DNA from: Mobula hypostoma
Taxonomy: Eukaryota
DNA: 64,000 bases
Reading direction: 5' to 3'
Assembly (NCBI RefSeq): GCF_963921235.1
Contig: NC_086108.1
Span: 84,632,001-84,696,000, forward strand
The notes below the pieces were generated by a model. It ran no database searches. It worked only from the letters and a program-made list of their open reading frames with translations, and was not told the DNA's origin. The position numbers and the translations under genes were made by a program. Positions 24,727 to 36,572 of this stretch are shown in pieces. Every line of letters begins with the position of its first letter. Within the stretch, counting starts at the first letter, position 1.

Positions 24727-26112
24727 CCTTGGCATGTGATTTGTTTTCCAGCAAGACAATGACCCCAAGCATAAAGCCAAAGCTACACAGGAATGGCTTC
24801 AAAACAACAAAGTTAATGTTCCAGAGTGGCCCAGTCAGAGTCTAGACCGCAATCCAATTGAGAATTTGTGGCTGGACTTAGAAAGGGCTGTTAACTCACA
24901 ATCCCCATGCAATCTGAAGAGCTTGAGTAGTTTTGTACAGAAGAATGAGGAGAAATTGCAATGTCCAGATATGCAAAGCTGATAGGACAGATATCCACAA
25001 AGATTCAAGGCTGTAATTGCTGCCAAAGGTGCATCTACTAAATACTGACTTGAAAGGGGCCAGTAATTATGCAACTAATTATTGTGTGCTTTATATTTGT
25101 AATTAATTTAGATCACTTTGTAGAGATCCATTTTCACTTTGACACAGAAGTATCTTTTTTGATCAACGTCAAAAAAAATTAAATCCACTGAGATTCAATG
25201 TTGTAAAACAATAAAGCATGAGAGCCTTCAAAGGGGAGTGAATACATTTTACAGGGTGTGTGTGTATAGTTTTTTTCTCTATTTATTTATCACATATTTC
25301 ATTGTACTGCTGCCATAAAGTTAACAAACTTCATGCCATATGTTGATGATATTAAATCTGATTCTGATGTATAGCGAGAGCAGAAAAGGGGGAAAGATAG
25401 TGTTGTATCCAATTACTATGAAATAAATCGGGATCAAATATAACAGTGGAGGAGGCAGCCATTTGGTCTTTTGAGTTCACATCAAATTTTTGAAAGGGCA
25501 ATGTAGCCAGTCCCATTACCCTGTCATTTTTCCATAAATCTGCATATTATTTTCCAGTCAAGGATCAATACAGTTCCCTTTTCACAGTAAACACACTATG
25601 GGGCAATGAATGGCAGGTTTCAACTTTTCTAAACAAATGTCCTTTTTTCAGTTACCTAAATTGTACCCTGTTTTTCAACCCTTCCACTAACTGGAACTGG
25701 AACTGTTTTGCATCAACTGTTTACGTGAGCACTTTTACCCTATCTTCCTTTCGTGTTCTGTACAAGGAGAACAATTGGAGTTTGTGCAGACCGATGCTTC
25801 TAACATATCCAATGCTGAACCATTCCAATACAGGCAAAACTTGGCACTTCAAGGCTGTCACATCCTTCCGAAAACAGATTTGATTATTATTCAGGTAATA
25901 TTCCAGCTCTGACAAAATTGGAGATAATTTCTTATGAAGCTTCAAACTAACCTCAATATCAAAGCGCAAAAACTATAATAAAAGCAGTTTGAAGTTAGAT
26001 CAAGTAGCATACTTGGACAGTGAAGTACAGTTAACAGTTCTGGTCAACCACCTTTTATCAGAACTCTCAGCTCTGACAAAAGATCTTCAACCTGAAACAG
26101 TTAAAACCATAA

Positions 26113-26248
26113 AGTCCTGATGAAGGGTCTCGGCCCGAAACGTCGACTGTAACTCTTCCAATAGATGCTGCCTTGCCTGCTGTTTCCACCAGCATTTTGG
26201 GTGTGTTGCTTGCATTTCCAGCATCTGCAGATTTCCTCGTGTTTGCGT
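26113..26248 (+). ncRNA. Penelope pLTR mini-insert with intact minimal hammerhead (26113-26148)
   Basis: AGTC-CTGATGA-agggtctcggccc-GAAA-CGTC-GACT. Confidence 0.8.
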
Positions 26249-26254
26249 TTTTAA

Positions 26255-29090
26255 AAACTATAAGCTAAAGGAGCAGAATTAGGCCATTCAGCCCATTGAG
26301 TCCATCCTGACTCATTTATTATCACTGTGGAGTCCACTTTCCTGCCCTCTCCCCATAACCTCTGACACCTGACTAATCAACAACCCATCAACGGCTGCTT
26401 AAAGTATACTCAATGACTTGACCTCCACAGCTGTTTGTGGCAACAAATTCCACAGATTCACTACCCTCTAGCTAAAGAAATTCCACCTCATGTCTGTTCG
26501 AAATGGATGTCCCCCTATCTTGAGGCTGTGCCCTCTGGTCTGTGACTTACCCACCACAGGAAACATCCTTTCCGTATCAACTCTATCTAAACCTTTTAGT
26601 ATTCAATAGGTTTCAATGAGATCTCCCCTCATTCTTCTCAACTCCAGATTAACCCTTTCCTTCCTGGAATCATTCTGCTGAACCACCTCTGTACCCTGTC
26701 CAATGGCAGAAAATCTTTTCCTAGATATGGAGCTCAAAGTTGCTCACAATATTCCAAGTCCAGTCTGACCAATACCTTAAGCAGCCTCAGCATTATAGTC
26801 TTGCTCTTATATTCTAGTCCTCTCAAAATGAATGCTAACATTGCATTTGCCTTCCTTACCACCAACTCAACCTGCAAGTTAACCTTTAGAGAACCCTATA
26901 CAAGGACTCCCAAGTCCCTTTGCACCTTTAATTTTTCAATTTTCTTCCATTTAGAAAATAGACCACACCTTCATTCCTTCTACCAGAGTGCATGACCATA
27001 TACTTCCTTACACTATAAACCATCTGTCATTTCTTTGCCCATGCTTCTGATCTGTCTGCAGCCTCCTTGCTTCCTCAACACCACCTGCCCCTCTACCTAT
27101 CTTCACATCATCTACAAACTTGGCCACAAAGCCATCAATTCCATCTTCCAAATCACTGGCATATAATGTAAAAAGAGGTGGTCCCAACACCGACCCCTAT
27201 GGAACACCACTAGTCCCTGGCAGCCTACCAAAAAAGGTTCCCTTTATTCCCATTCCATGACTCCTGCCAATCAGACAATATTCTATCCAATGCTGGTATC
27301 TTTCCTATAATATCATGGCCTCTTACCTTGTCAAATGCCTTCTGAAAAATCTAAGTACACAAAATCCAACAATTCACCTTTGTCTCTCCTGCTTTCTCTT
27401 TCCTCAAAGAATTCCAACAGATCAGTCAGGCTGACCAGGGCCATTTTATCATGTGTCTCCAAGTACCCTGAAACCGCATTCTTAATAATGGACTCCAACA
27501 TCTTCCCAACCAGTGAGGTCAGGCTAGCTGGCCTATAATTTCGTTTCTTCTGCTTCCCTCCCTTCTTAAAGAGTGGAGTGATATTTATAATTTTCCAGTC
27601 CTCCAAAACCATTCCAGCATCCAGTGATACTTGAAAGATCATTATTAATGCCTCCACAATCTCTTCAGCTACCTTCTTCAGAACCCTGTGATGTCGTCCC
27701 TCTGGTCCAGGTGACTAATCAACATTCAGCTTCCCAAGCACTTTCTCCTTAGTAACAGCATCTACACTCACTTCTGCCCAGACTGTGTCATATTTCTGGT
27801 GTACTGCTTTTGCCTTCCACTGTGGAAGACTGACACAAAATTCTTAAGTTCACCTGCCTTTTCTTTGACCCCCACTATTGCCTCTCCAGTGTCATTTTTC
27901 AGTGGTCCAATATCAACTTTAACCTTTCCACTAATCTGTGCTATATTATGTGCCCTCCCTTTTCCTTTTCTGCCACAGTTGCTTCATCCTCCCTTTACGA
28001 TACTTCACCTTTGGGATGTATCTATCCTGCGCCTACTGAATTGCCCCAGAAACTCCATCCATTGCTGTTGTCATTATCCCTGCTAGTGTCCTTCCAAACA
28101 ACTTTGGCCAGCTCCTCTCTCATGCCTCTGTAATTCCCTTTACTCCACTGTAATACTGATACATCTGACCTTACTGCACAGTCCTGATGAAGGGTCTCAG
28201 CCCGAAACATCGACTGTTTATTCTTTTCCATAGATTCTGCCTGACCTGCTGAGTTCCTCCAGCATTTTGTGTCTATTGCCCTATCATCTGTCTGTCCTTC
28301 CTCAAAGTCTCACTACACTCTACTGCCTCATCCTCAGCCACATCACTCCAGGTGTCTCTTTCACACCCCACAGGTTAGTCCCGTTTTTCCAGCTTTCTAC
28401 CTATACCCAACTCCCTTTTCCTACCAATGTCTTAAGTGCCAATTTGTACCATGACTTCGAGTTGCTCACACTCCCCCTTTAGAATGCTTGGACCCGATCT
28501 GAGACATCCCTGAAACAGGCACTTGGGAAGCAACATATTATCCAGGTGTCTCTTTCACACCCACAGAATCTACTGTCTGTTCTACTAATTATGGAATCCC
28601 CCATTACCACTGCACGTCTCTTTCCCCACCTCACTCTCTTCAGAGCCGGAGACCTGGTTGCTGCAGCTTCCTCCAGTGGATTGCTCCACCACCCCCAAAA
28701 CCCCAACAGTATCCAAAATGATATACTTATTATTGACGGGAACAGCCAGAGGAGTACTTCTACACTGGCTGTCTATTCCCTTTCCCTCTCCTAATAGTTA
28801 CCCAGCTACCCAACTCCTATAACTTGGGGTTGACTACCTTCCTGTAACTCCTATATATCACCTAATTTTCCTGTAAGAGCCAAAGGTCATTGATCTGCAG
28901 CTCCAGTTCCTTAACATGGTCTCTAAAGGAGCTGCAGCTGGATGTTCTTCATGTAAATGTACTTTTGAGAGAGACCGGAGGGCTCCCAGGGTGTCCACCT
29001 CTAAAACAAAGAACATATCACATATCTCAATGCACTAGCTATGTATTAATATACAAAGAAAGAAAAATCTTACCAGAAACTTACTTAGAA
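26255..29090 (-). mobile_element. Decayed CR1 with several deletions, including an ORF1 esterase-like remnant
   Basis: RAVVMGDSII (GDSL/SGNH-like), NYRPASLTSLVGK, YLDF and AKFVDD motifs. Confidence 0.85.
28178..28279 (+). ncRNA. Penelope pLTR mini-insert with hammerhead (28178-28217), nested in CR1
   Basis: ACAGTC-CTGATGA-agggtctcagccc-GAAA-CATC-GACTGT; 6-bp stem I. Confidence 0.72.
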
Positions 29091-29941
29091 TATCTGCCTT
29101 CTTTTTACTGGTTCAAATAAAACTCACTCCCGATGAGACTTGTTTTTTTTTTCAAATGGCTCCTGGCCTGCAATGACTTCTCTCTCTCTCACTCACTAAT
29201 TCAAATGAAAGTTAACTAAACTTTCTCACCACAGATGTTACTTAACTTGCAGAAACACATTTCACATGGATATAATTTTCTTTCATTGCAAATGCATTAT
29301 ATTTTAACCAACTGTAACTACTTCCATTAAATTATTTTCCCGCTCAGACATCTAATTGCTCAGCTTTAGGCCAAATCAACTTTCAACCTCAGATTTTGTT
29401 GCAGCCAGATAATTAAGGAAAATAAAAACAAGAACATTTATACTTAATCAGTAGTTGCCTCAGGTTACAATCTGGAACAATATTTAGGGGAAAATTATCA
29501 CATCAGAAGAGTATTTTTACAGCATGTGATCTTGCGAACGCTAGACGACATAAATGTCAAAAGTGCCTTAACGTAAAATTTCTTTCTTTCTTTTTAAATC
29601 TTTTTATTGAGTAAGTATACAAAAAAGGTAATCCATATAAACATTAATACAATGTTAAAGTATAATAAAATTCCAAAAGATAACAATACCAAAAAGAAAA
29701 TACTACAAACAATGTAATTTAAGCATAAGAAACCAAGATAACATAATAGTATACTAGATTTTATATATATCAATGGAAAAAAAAGAAAAAAAAAAAACCC
29801 CCAAAAAAAACCCACCGTGCAACTAACTAAAAGCAAAGCAAAGCAATGGGCTAACTTGAAACCAAACAGAGTTAAACTTAAAATCACGTCCTCATCCCGA
29901 CCTCCATTAAAACAGTGAAAAAAGAACAAGAAGGGTAAATA

Positions 29942-32900
29942 TTACATTAAATGAAAATATCGAATAAAAGGTCCCCAAATCTGTTCAAATTTAAATGAAG
30001 AATCATAAAGGTTACTTCTAATTTTCTCCAGATTCAAACATAAAATCGTCTGAGAAAACCAAAAAAAGGTAGTTGGAGCATTAAGCTCTTTCCAATGTTG
30101 TAAAATACATCTTTTCGCCATCAAAGTAAGAAATGCAATCATTCTACGGGCTGAAGGGGAAAGATTACTAGAAATTTTAGGTAGTCCAAAGATAGCAGTA
30201 ATAGGGTGAGGAGAGATATCTATATTTAATACCTTAGAAATAATATTGAAAATATCTCTCCAAAAAGTTTCCAAAGTAGGGCAAGACCAAAACATATGAG
30301 TTAAAGAGGCTATCTGCCCCGAACATCTATCACAGAAAGGATTAATATGCGTGTAAAAACGCGCTAACTTATCTTTGGACATATGTGCTCTATGAACCAC
30401 TTTAAATTGAATTAGGGAATGTTTAGCACAAATAGAGGAAGTATTAACTAATTGTAAAATCTGCCCCCAATCATCCACAGAGATGGTAAGCCCCAATTCC
30501 TGTTCCCAATCTACCCTAATCTTATCAAATGGAGCTTTCCTAAGTTTCATAATAATATTATAAATCATAGCCGATGCACCTTTCTGACATGGATTAAGGT
30601 TAATTATCGAATCTAAAATATATATAGGAGGAAGCATTGGAAAGGAAGAAAGTATAGTACTTAAGAAATTTCTAACTTGTAAATATCTAAAAAAATGTAT
30701 TCTTGATAAGTTATATTTATTAGATAATTGTTCAAAAGACATAAGGGAACCATCTAAAAATAAATCCAAAAACCGTAAAATACCCTTAGTCTTCCAAGTT
30801 TGAAAAGCGCGATCCGTAAAAGAGGGAGGAAAAAATATGTTACCTAAAATAGGAATCGCTAACCCGAATTGATTAAGATCAAAAAATTTTCTGAATTGAA
30901 ACCAAATACGCAAAGCATATTTAACGATCGGGTTAGAGACCTGCTTAAGGCGTTTCGAATCAAAGGGAAGAGATGAACCTAAAATAGAACCAAGTGTATA
31001 ACCCTGAACAGATTGTAATTCCAATGCTACCCATTTAGGAATAGATAGTATGTCCCGGTCAAGTAACCAAAATTTCATATGTCGAATATTAATAGCCCAA
31101 TAATAAAATCTAAAGTTAGGTAATGCTAAACCTCCATCTCTCTTAGCTTTCTGTAAATGTATTTTACCCAGTCTCGGATTCTTATTCTGCCAAATAAATG
31201 AAGAAATTTTAGAGTCGACTTTATCAAAAAAAGATTTAGGAACGAAAATTGGTAATGCCTGAAACACATATAAAAATTTTGGCAAAAAAAACATCTTAAC
31301 TGCATTAATACGACCAATCAAAGTTAAATATAAGGGAAACCATTTAGATGAAAGTTGAGTAATATGGTCTATTAATGGTAAAAAGTTAGTCTTAAATAAA
31401 TCTTTATGTTTACAAGTAATTTTAATCCCAAGATATGAAAGGTAATTATTAATCAATTTAAATGGAAATTTATAATATAAGGGAAGATGTTTATTAATCG
31501 GAAAAAGTTCACTCTTACTAAGATTTAATTTATAACCTGAGAAAAGACCAAATTGTGCTAATAACTCTAAAACAGCAGGAATAGATCTCTCAGGATTAGA
31601 AATATATAAAAGTAAATCATCAGCATAGAGTGATAATTTATGGAACTTTAATCCCCGAGTTATCCCAGTAATATTTGAAGATTCTCGAATAGCAATTGCA
31701 AGAGGTTCTAATGCAATATCAAATAATAGGGGACTAAGAGGACAGCCTTGTCGAGTACCACGAAAGAGAGGAAAAAAAGGTGAGTTTAAAGAGTTAGTAC
31801 GAACCGAGGCTACAGGGGAGTGATATAACAGTTTAATCCAGGATATAAATTTCAAGCTAAAATTAAACATTTCAAGCACCTTAAATAAATAAGGCCATTC
31901 TACTCTATCAAAAGCTTTCTCGGCATCTAAAGAAATAACACACTCAGGAACATTTTGTGAGGGAGTATAAACGATATTTAACAATGTACGAATATTATAA
32001 AAAGAGTAACGACCTTTAATAAAACCCGTTTGGTCTTCCGAAATAATAGAAGGAAGTACTTTTTCTAGTCTATTTGCTAATAACTTAGAAAAAACTTTAG
32101 AATCAACATTTAATAAAGATATTGGTCTATAAGATGCACATTGAGCAGGGTCTTTATCCTTCTTTAGTATTAAAGAAATTGATGCTCTATTAAAAGATTC
32201 CGGAAGTTTACCAAGTTTCAAAGAAGCCTCAAAAACCTTATAGAGCCAAGGAATCAATAAAGAAGCAAAACATTTATAAAATTCAACGGTAAACCCATCA
32301 GGGCCAGGAGCTTTCCCCAGATTCATAGAAAAAATAACATTCTTAATCTCATCCATTGTAATGGAAGTATCTAATAAAGAAGACATATCCTGTGAAATCT
32401 GAGGGAAGTCTAACTTATCTAAAAAATCATTCATATATTTAGAATCTCGAGGAGACTCTGATTGATATAAAGAAGAATAGAAATCACAAAAGGTTTGATT
32501 AATCCCCACATGATCCAATATCAATCGATCATTTTGGTTATAAATCTGATTGATTTGAGATTTAACATAATTAGATTTCAATTGATTAGCCAGCAGCTTG
32601 CCAATTTTATCACTATGAACATAAAAATCACTTCTTGTTTTCTTTAATTGGTTTACAATCGAGGACGAGAGTAGTAAACTGTGTTCCATTTGAAGTTCAG
32701 TTCTTTGTTTGTATAGCTCCTCAGAAGGAGCCATAACATATTTCTTATCAATTTCTTTAATCTTGTCCACAATTGCCATCTCCTCCTGCTTCTGTTTCTT
32801 CCTCAAAGCAACGGAATACGAAATAATCTGACCCCGAATATGGGCTTTAAAAGTGTCCCAAAGAGTGTTAACCGAAATATCTTCTGTATGGTTAATTGTA

Positions 32901-33718
32901 AAAAAAAGCTCAATCTGTTCATTCATAAAATTAACAAAGTCCGAGTCCTGAAGCAACAGCGAATTAAAACGCCATTGTCTATTGTTTGGTATATTGGCCA
33001 TAATTTTAATAGAAAGCTTAAGTGGAGCATGATCCGAAATGGTTATAGAATCATAATCACATTTAATCACTGAAGGAATGAGACGAGAGTCAATAAAAAA
33101 ATAATCAATTCTTGAATAGGAATGATGAACATGTGAAAAAAAGGAAAAATCTTTTTCCTGAGGATGCAGAAAACGCCAAATGTCCGTCGACCCAGAATCA
33201 GAAAGAAAAAAATTAATCAAATTTGCAGATTTATTAGGTAAAGTCCGTAAAGGAGCCGAACGGTCCAAAGCTGGAGATAAACAGGTATTAAGATCTCCGC
33301 CCCAAATCAATGAAAACTCGTTCAAATTCGGAAACTGATCAAACAATGATTTATAAAATTCCGGACAATCCATATTAGGAGCATAAACATTAACCAAAAC
33401 TACTTTTTTATTAAATAGTAAACCACTAACCAATAAAAATCTACCATTCGGATCAGAGATAATATCCTGTTGTATAAAAGTAACTGAGGAATCTATAAAA
33501 ATAGAGACGCCTCGAATCTTAGCATTGGAGTTCGAATGAAATTGTTGTCCCTTCCAGAATTTGAAAAAACGTAGTCTGTCCCCCCTCCGTACATGGGTCT
33601 CTTGTAAAAATAAAATTTGTGCTTTAAGTCTCCGGAACACTTTAAAAACTTTTTTTCTTTTAATAGGATGATTAAGACCATTAGTATTCCAGGAGACAAA
33701 ATTAATAATAGACTCCAT
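29942..33718 (-). CDS. L1 ORF2p (APE endonuclease, RT, CCHC), 1258 aa from the first ATG
   Basis: SWNTNGL, LQETH, GGDLN, SRIDY, SDH; GTRQGCPLSP, YADD; CDRCSGQIASLTHMFWSC; no stops. Confidence 0.96.
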   Translation of the reverse strand: MESIINFVSWNTNGLNHPIKRKKVFKVFRRLKAQILFLQETHVRRGDRLRFFKFWKGQQFHSNSNAKIRGVSIFIDSSVTFIQQDIISDPNGRFLLVSGLLFNKKVVLVNVYAPNMDCPEFYKSLFDQFPNLNEFSLIWGGDLNTCLSPALDRSAPLRTLPNKSANLINFFLSDSGSTDIWRFLHPQEKDFSFFSHVHHSYSRIDYFFIDSRLIPSVIKCDYDSITISDHAPLKLSIKIMANIPNNRQWRFNSLLLQDSDFVNFMNEQIELFFTINHTEDISVNTLWDTFKAHIRGQIISYSVALRKKQKQEEMAIVDKIKEIDKKYVMAPSEELYKQRTELQMEHSLLLSSSIVNQLKKTRSDFYVHSDKIGKLLANQLKSNYVKSQINQIYNQNDRLILDHVGINQTFCDFYSSLYQSESPRDSKYMNDFLDKLDFPQISQDMSSLLDTSITMDEIKNVIFSMNLGKAPGPDGFTVEFYKCFASLLIPWLYKVFEASLKLGKLPESFNRASISLILKKDKDPAQCASYRPISLLNVDSKVFSKLLANRLEKVLPSIISEDQTGFIKGRYSFYNIRTLLNIVYTPSQNVPECVISLDAEKAFDRVEWPYLFKVLEMFNFSLKFISWIKLLYHSPVASVRTNSLNSPFFPLFRGTRQGCPLSPLLFDIALEPLAIAIRESSNITGITRGLKFHKLSLYADDLLLYISNPERSIPAVLELLAQFGLFSGYKLNLSKSELFPINKHLPLYYKFPFKLINNYLSYLGIKITCKHKDLFKTNFLPLIDHITQLSSKWFPLYLTLIGRINAVKMFFLPKFLYVFQALPIFVPKSFFDKVDSKISSFIWQNKNPRLGKIHLQKAKRDGGLALPNFRFYYWAINIRHMKFWLLDRDILSIPKWVALELQSVQGYTLGSILGSSLPFDSKRLKQVSNPIVKYALRIWFQFRKFFDLNQFGLAIPILGNIFFPPSFTDRAFQTWKTKGILRFLDLFLDGSLMSFEQLSNKYNLSRIHFFRYLQVRNFLSTILSSFPMLPPIYILDSIINLNPCQKGASAMIYNIIMKLRKAPFDKIRVDWEQELGLTISVDDWGQILQLVNTSSICAKHSLIQFKVVHRAHMSKDKLARFYTHINPFCDRCSGQIASLTHMFWSCPTLETFWRDIFNIISKVLNIDISPHPITAIFGLPKISSNLSPSARRMIAFLTLMAKRCILQHWKELNAPTTFFWFSQTILCLNLEKIRSNLYDSSFKFEQIWGPFIRYFHLM

Positions 33719-34443
33719 AAATCCTAAAATCAACCCACAACAAGGAGGATTGACAATAGGCGTGACCCACAAACCCGGAGAGGAAACAGAACATACAAAA
33801 GATACCGGGGAAAAGGACGCAACCAGTACTTCAATAATGTATATAGCCCAAAGAAAAACAAACTAAAACGTGAAGCCCCTCCCACCACCCCCCACCCCAA
33901 GACCCCAAGGCAAAATCTAAAGCAGACCCGCCAGAAAGAAGCAAGCGCTAAAACTACCCCCATGACTTCCGGTATACGCTCCCTAAAAAAAAGGTATAAA
34001 TATGAAAAGGATCAGCTAATTGTAAAACAGTAAAAAAATAAGTAAAAAAAAAGTTAGCTCAATTAGAATACACACAGAACAGAACAAAAGCCGGAAAATA
34101 TATATTAAAAAAAACCACAATAAACCTCAAACTCATGAATAGACACAGCAACAAAAAAAAAATAGGATTATTAACATAAAGTGATTATAAAAAGCAAAAC
34201 AGAATAAAATTTAAAAAAAAACTACAAAATTTAAGGCCGCACAGGAAATACGTAAGATGACAAAAGGGAAGTAACCACCCAGAATCCCCTGGGAAAAGAA
34301 AGAAATGACGCAGTTAAAAAGAAAGTTTAGCAGCCATATTAAGAAATCAAAAGTAAACTTTTCTGCCCAAATAGGGCACAGAAAAGTTAAAACCAACCAA
34401 TTCACAGCCTCCGATCAACGGAGAAAATTAAAAAAAAAGGCAA

Positions 34444-35343
34444 TTAAGATGTTGAAGATGAAAGTTGATCCAGATAACTCTGGGCATCCGATGGAGAATC
34501 AAAAAAACGAAGGGCTCCATCTAACATGCGAATCCTTAGACGTGCAGGGTACAGCAGCGCTGGTCTTAAATCCATCTTATAGAATTCCGACATCACGGAT
34601 CTGTAACGGACCCGTTGGTCCCAGATTGGTTTACTGAAATCTTCCACGAATCGGAACTTAAGATCCGAAAAATCAATGAAACCTTTAGATCGAGCGAATC
34701 GAAACAGTCTCTCCTTGTCTTGAAAGTAATGAAAACGTAAAATAACATGCCTAGGTCTATCTGACCTAGACGAGTATGATGGGATTCTGTGAACACGATC
34801 CAGTAGCGGTGGTTGGTCAGGAAATACAGTAGGGAATGCATCTTTTAAAAGTTGAGAGAAATATTTCATGGGGTTGTTAGCTTCAACGGCTTCTCTCACG
34901 CCGATCATTCTTAAATTCTGCCGTCGCATTCTAGATTCCAAGTCAGAGTTTTTAAAAGTCAAAAAGTCAAGTTTCTTCTTCATTACATTAATTGTTTCTT
35001 CGATTTTCCCCATCTTAAGCTCACTTTGTTGCGCGAATTTTTGAAGATCAGATATAGCCGACTGATGTTCCGCAATACATGTTTGCATCTTATCAATTAA
35101 ATCGGCAATTTTCTGGAAATTAGTTGAGATTTCCGCATGAATCAGATCTTTAACAAAGCCTGCAATTTCCGTACGAATCATCTCCCTAACAGAGGTTGAA
35201 ATTTCCCTCTGAATTAACTCCGATATCGCTTTCAAAGTCACCGGTGATTCAGTCGGAGGGAGATCCGTAGCTTTCGGTTTAGCCGAAGGTTTACCATCCT
35301 TGCCGTTTTTCCCGTTCTTAGACATAGCAGATCTAAGTATCAT
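34444..35343 (-). CDS. L1 ORF1p (coiled coil, RRM, CTD), 299 aa
   Basis: DLESRMRRQNLRMIGVRE, DRVHR, RPRHVILRF, FVEDFS and LLYPARLRI motifs. Confidence 0.92.
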   Translation of the reverse strand: MILRSAMSKNGKNGKDGKPSAKPKATDLPPTESPVTLKAISELIQREISTSVREMIRTEIAGFVKDLIHAEISTNFQKIADLIDKMQTCIAEHQSAISDLQKFAQQSELKMGKIEETINVMKKKLDFLTFKNSDLESRMRRQNLRMIGVREAVEANNPMKYFSQLLKDAFPTVFPDQPPLLDRVHRIPSYSSRSDRPRHVILRFHYFQDKERLFRFARSKGFIDFSDLKFRFVEDFSKPIWDQRVRYRSVMSEFYKMDLRPALLYPARLRIRMLDGALRFFDSPSDAQSYLDQLSSSTS

Positions 35344-36355
35344 CCAATTGTCAGAGAGTTCAGTTTAATTCAAAGTATTATAAAAATTGATGCCTTAATG
35401 GTTAATTAAAGTATAGCTGACCATAGAGTAAAAAAACTCAGAGGTAATGGAGCGAGTCAAGAACGCGACTTCACTCCATGAGCGCTACCGGAAGTCCCCA
35501 ACGTAAAATTTCTATGCGGCATTTTACACATTAAAGATGGAATATTTGAACATTAGTTAAATCCTTGGTACTACAGTTCCTTGCAGTGTTAATTACAAAC
35601 TGACATTCGCCTAGTATGTCTCTAACCCACAAAGAAAAATGACAGTTGTGCAGATAAACAGAGTCCAGGTTGTGGATCATTCAAATACCTGCACAGCTTC
35701 TTAGACAAGTGAAAACTATTTGTCAAAGCATGAGATTCAAAAAACGAGTTGTCTTTTTCATATGTCAAACAGAAAAATTCTTGATTAAATCTAAATGACA
35801 TTTTCCATGCTTGTGGCCACTATATTCCCATATCCCCAATGTACAAAACATAAAACTTCAATTTTTTTCCTATTATTTGTAAGAAAGAATTCAATATCGT
35901 CCAATTCCCCACAGCTAGGTCATTTTGGCACAACAAATGCATAGTATTCATGAAGTAAAAATTAAATTCCCAATCTCCAGGATGCCTCCACTGCAAATCA
36001 CTGTTTTCACAAAGGGAACAAAAATCTTTGGGAACAGCCCTGGAAGAATTCTAGCTTTAGTTAAAAGCAATTATAAAAATATTCAATAAGCAAAAATCTC
36101 AAGTTTAATGTGCATAGTCATGATTCATCAACTGATCTATATAAAATCAAGCTAAAGCAGCTTCTGTACACTTGCAGTTCCTCCATAACTGATGAAATAC
36201 TTGAAAGGTTTTTCCTGTGGCAATACTCAGCAATGAATAAAAAAAATTTGATGGTCACGGAGATGTACATATTATTTGTAGTTTGCAGATAACTTTCCAG
36301 CTCTCATACAAAGCTTCCTTTTTTATACCACAAAAAGAGCCAATCCAACACTTAC

Positions 36356-36572
36356 TTGCGTGAACACATACACAGCACTTTGCACATGTAATCAGGGTGC
36401 TTGTTCCATCTTCCTCAATGTACGATGTGGGAAGGCTGAGATCAACATGGTCACTTCCCGATGTGAAGCACATCTCCGGAACCAAAGGCTTAGTTTTCGC
36501 TTTGTTTCTGAGTATGCTTGCATCCAAATGTTGGGTTTTGTTTCTGAAAGTATGACTCTCCTGACAGTCTAC
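36356..36572 (-). CDS. KDM4A: Exon VDCQE...TKPLVPEMCF...CAKCCVCVHA(S), PHD1 part
   Basis: tag acceptor, A|gtaagt donor, 217 nt, phase 0 to 1. Confidence 0.94.

Larger units (their letters stand above)
22089..25260 (+). mobile_element. Tc1-like DNA transposon with long TIRs, decayed, carrying two nested inserts
   Basis: TA|CAGTG start; roughly 200-bp inverted ends; paired-type N-terminus; WSDKTK, KHGGGTIMLWGC, FQQDNDPKH and NPIENLW motifs. Confidence 0.9.
29584..35499 (-). mobile_element. Full-length L1-clade LINE, about 5.9 kb, both ORFs intact
   Basis: Perfect 14-bp TSD aacgtaaaatttct (29570-29583, 35500-35513); 5' end GGGGACTTCCGG; AATAAA plus A-rich tail. Confidence 0.96.
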
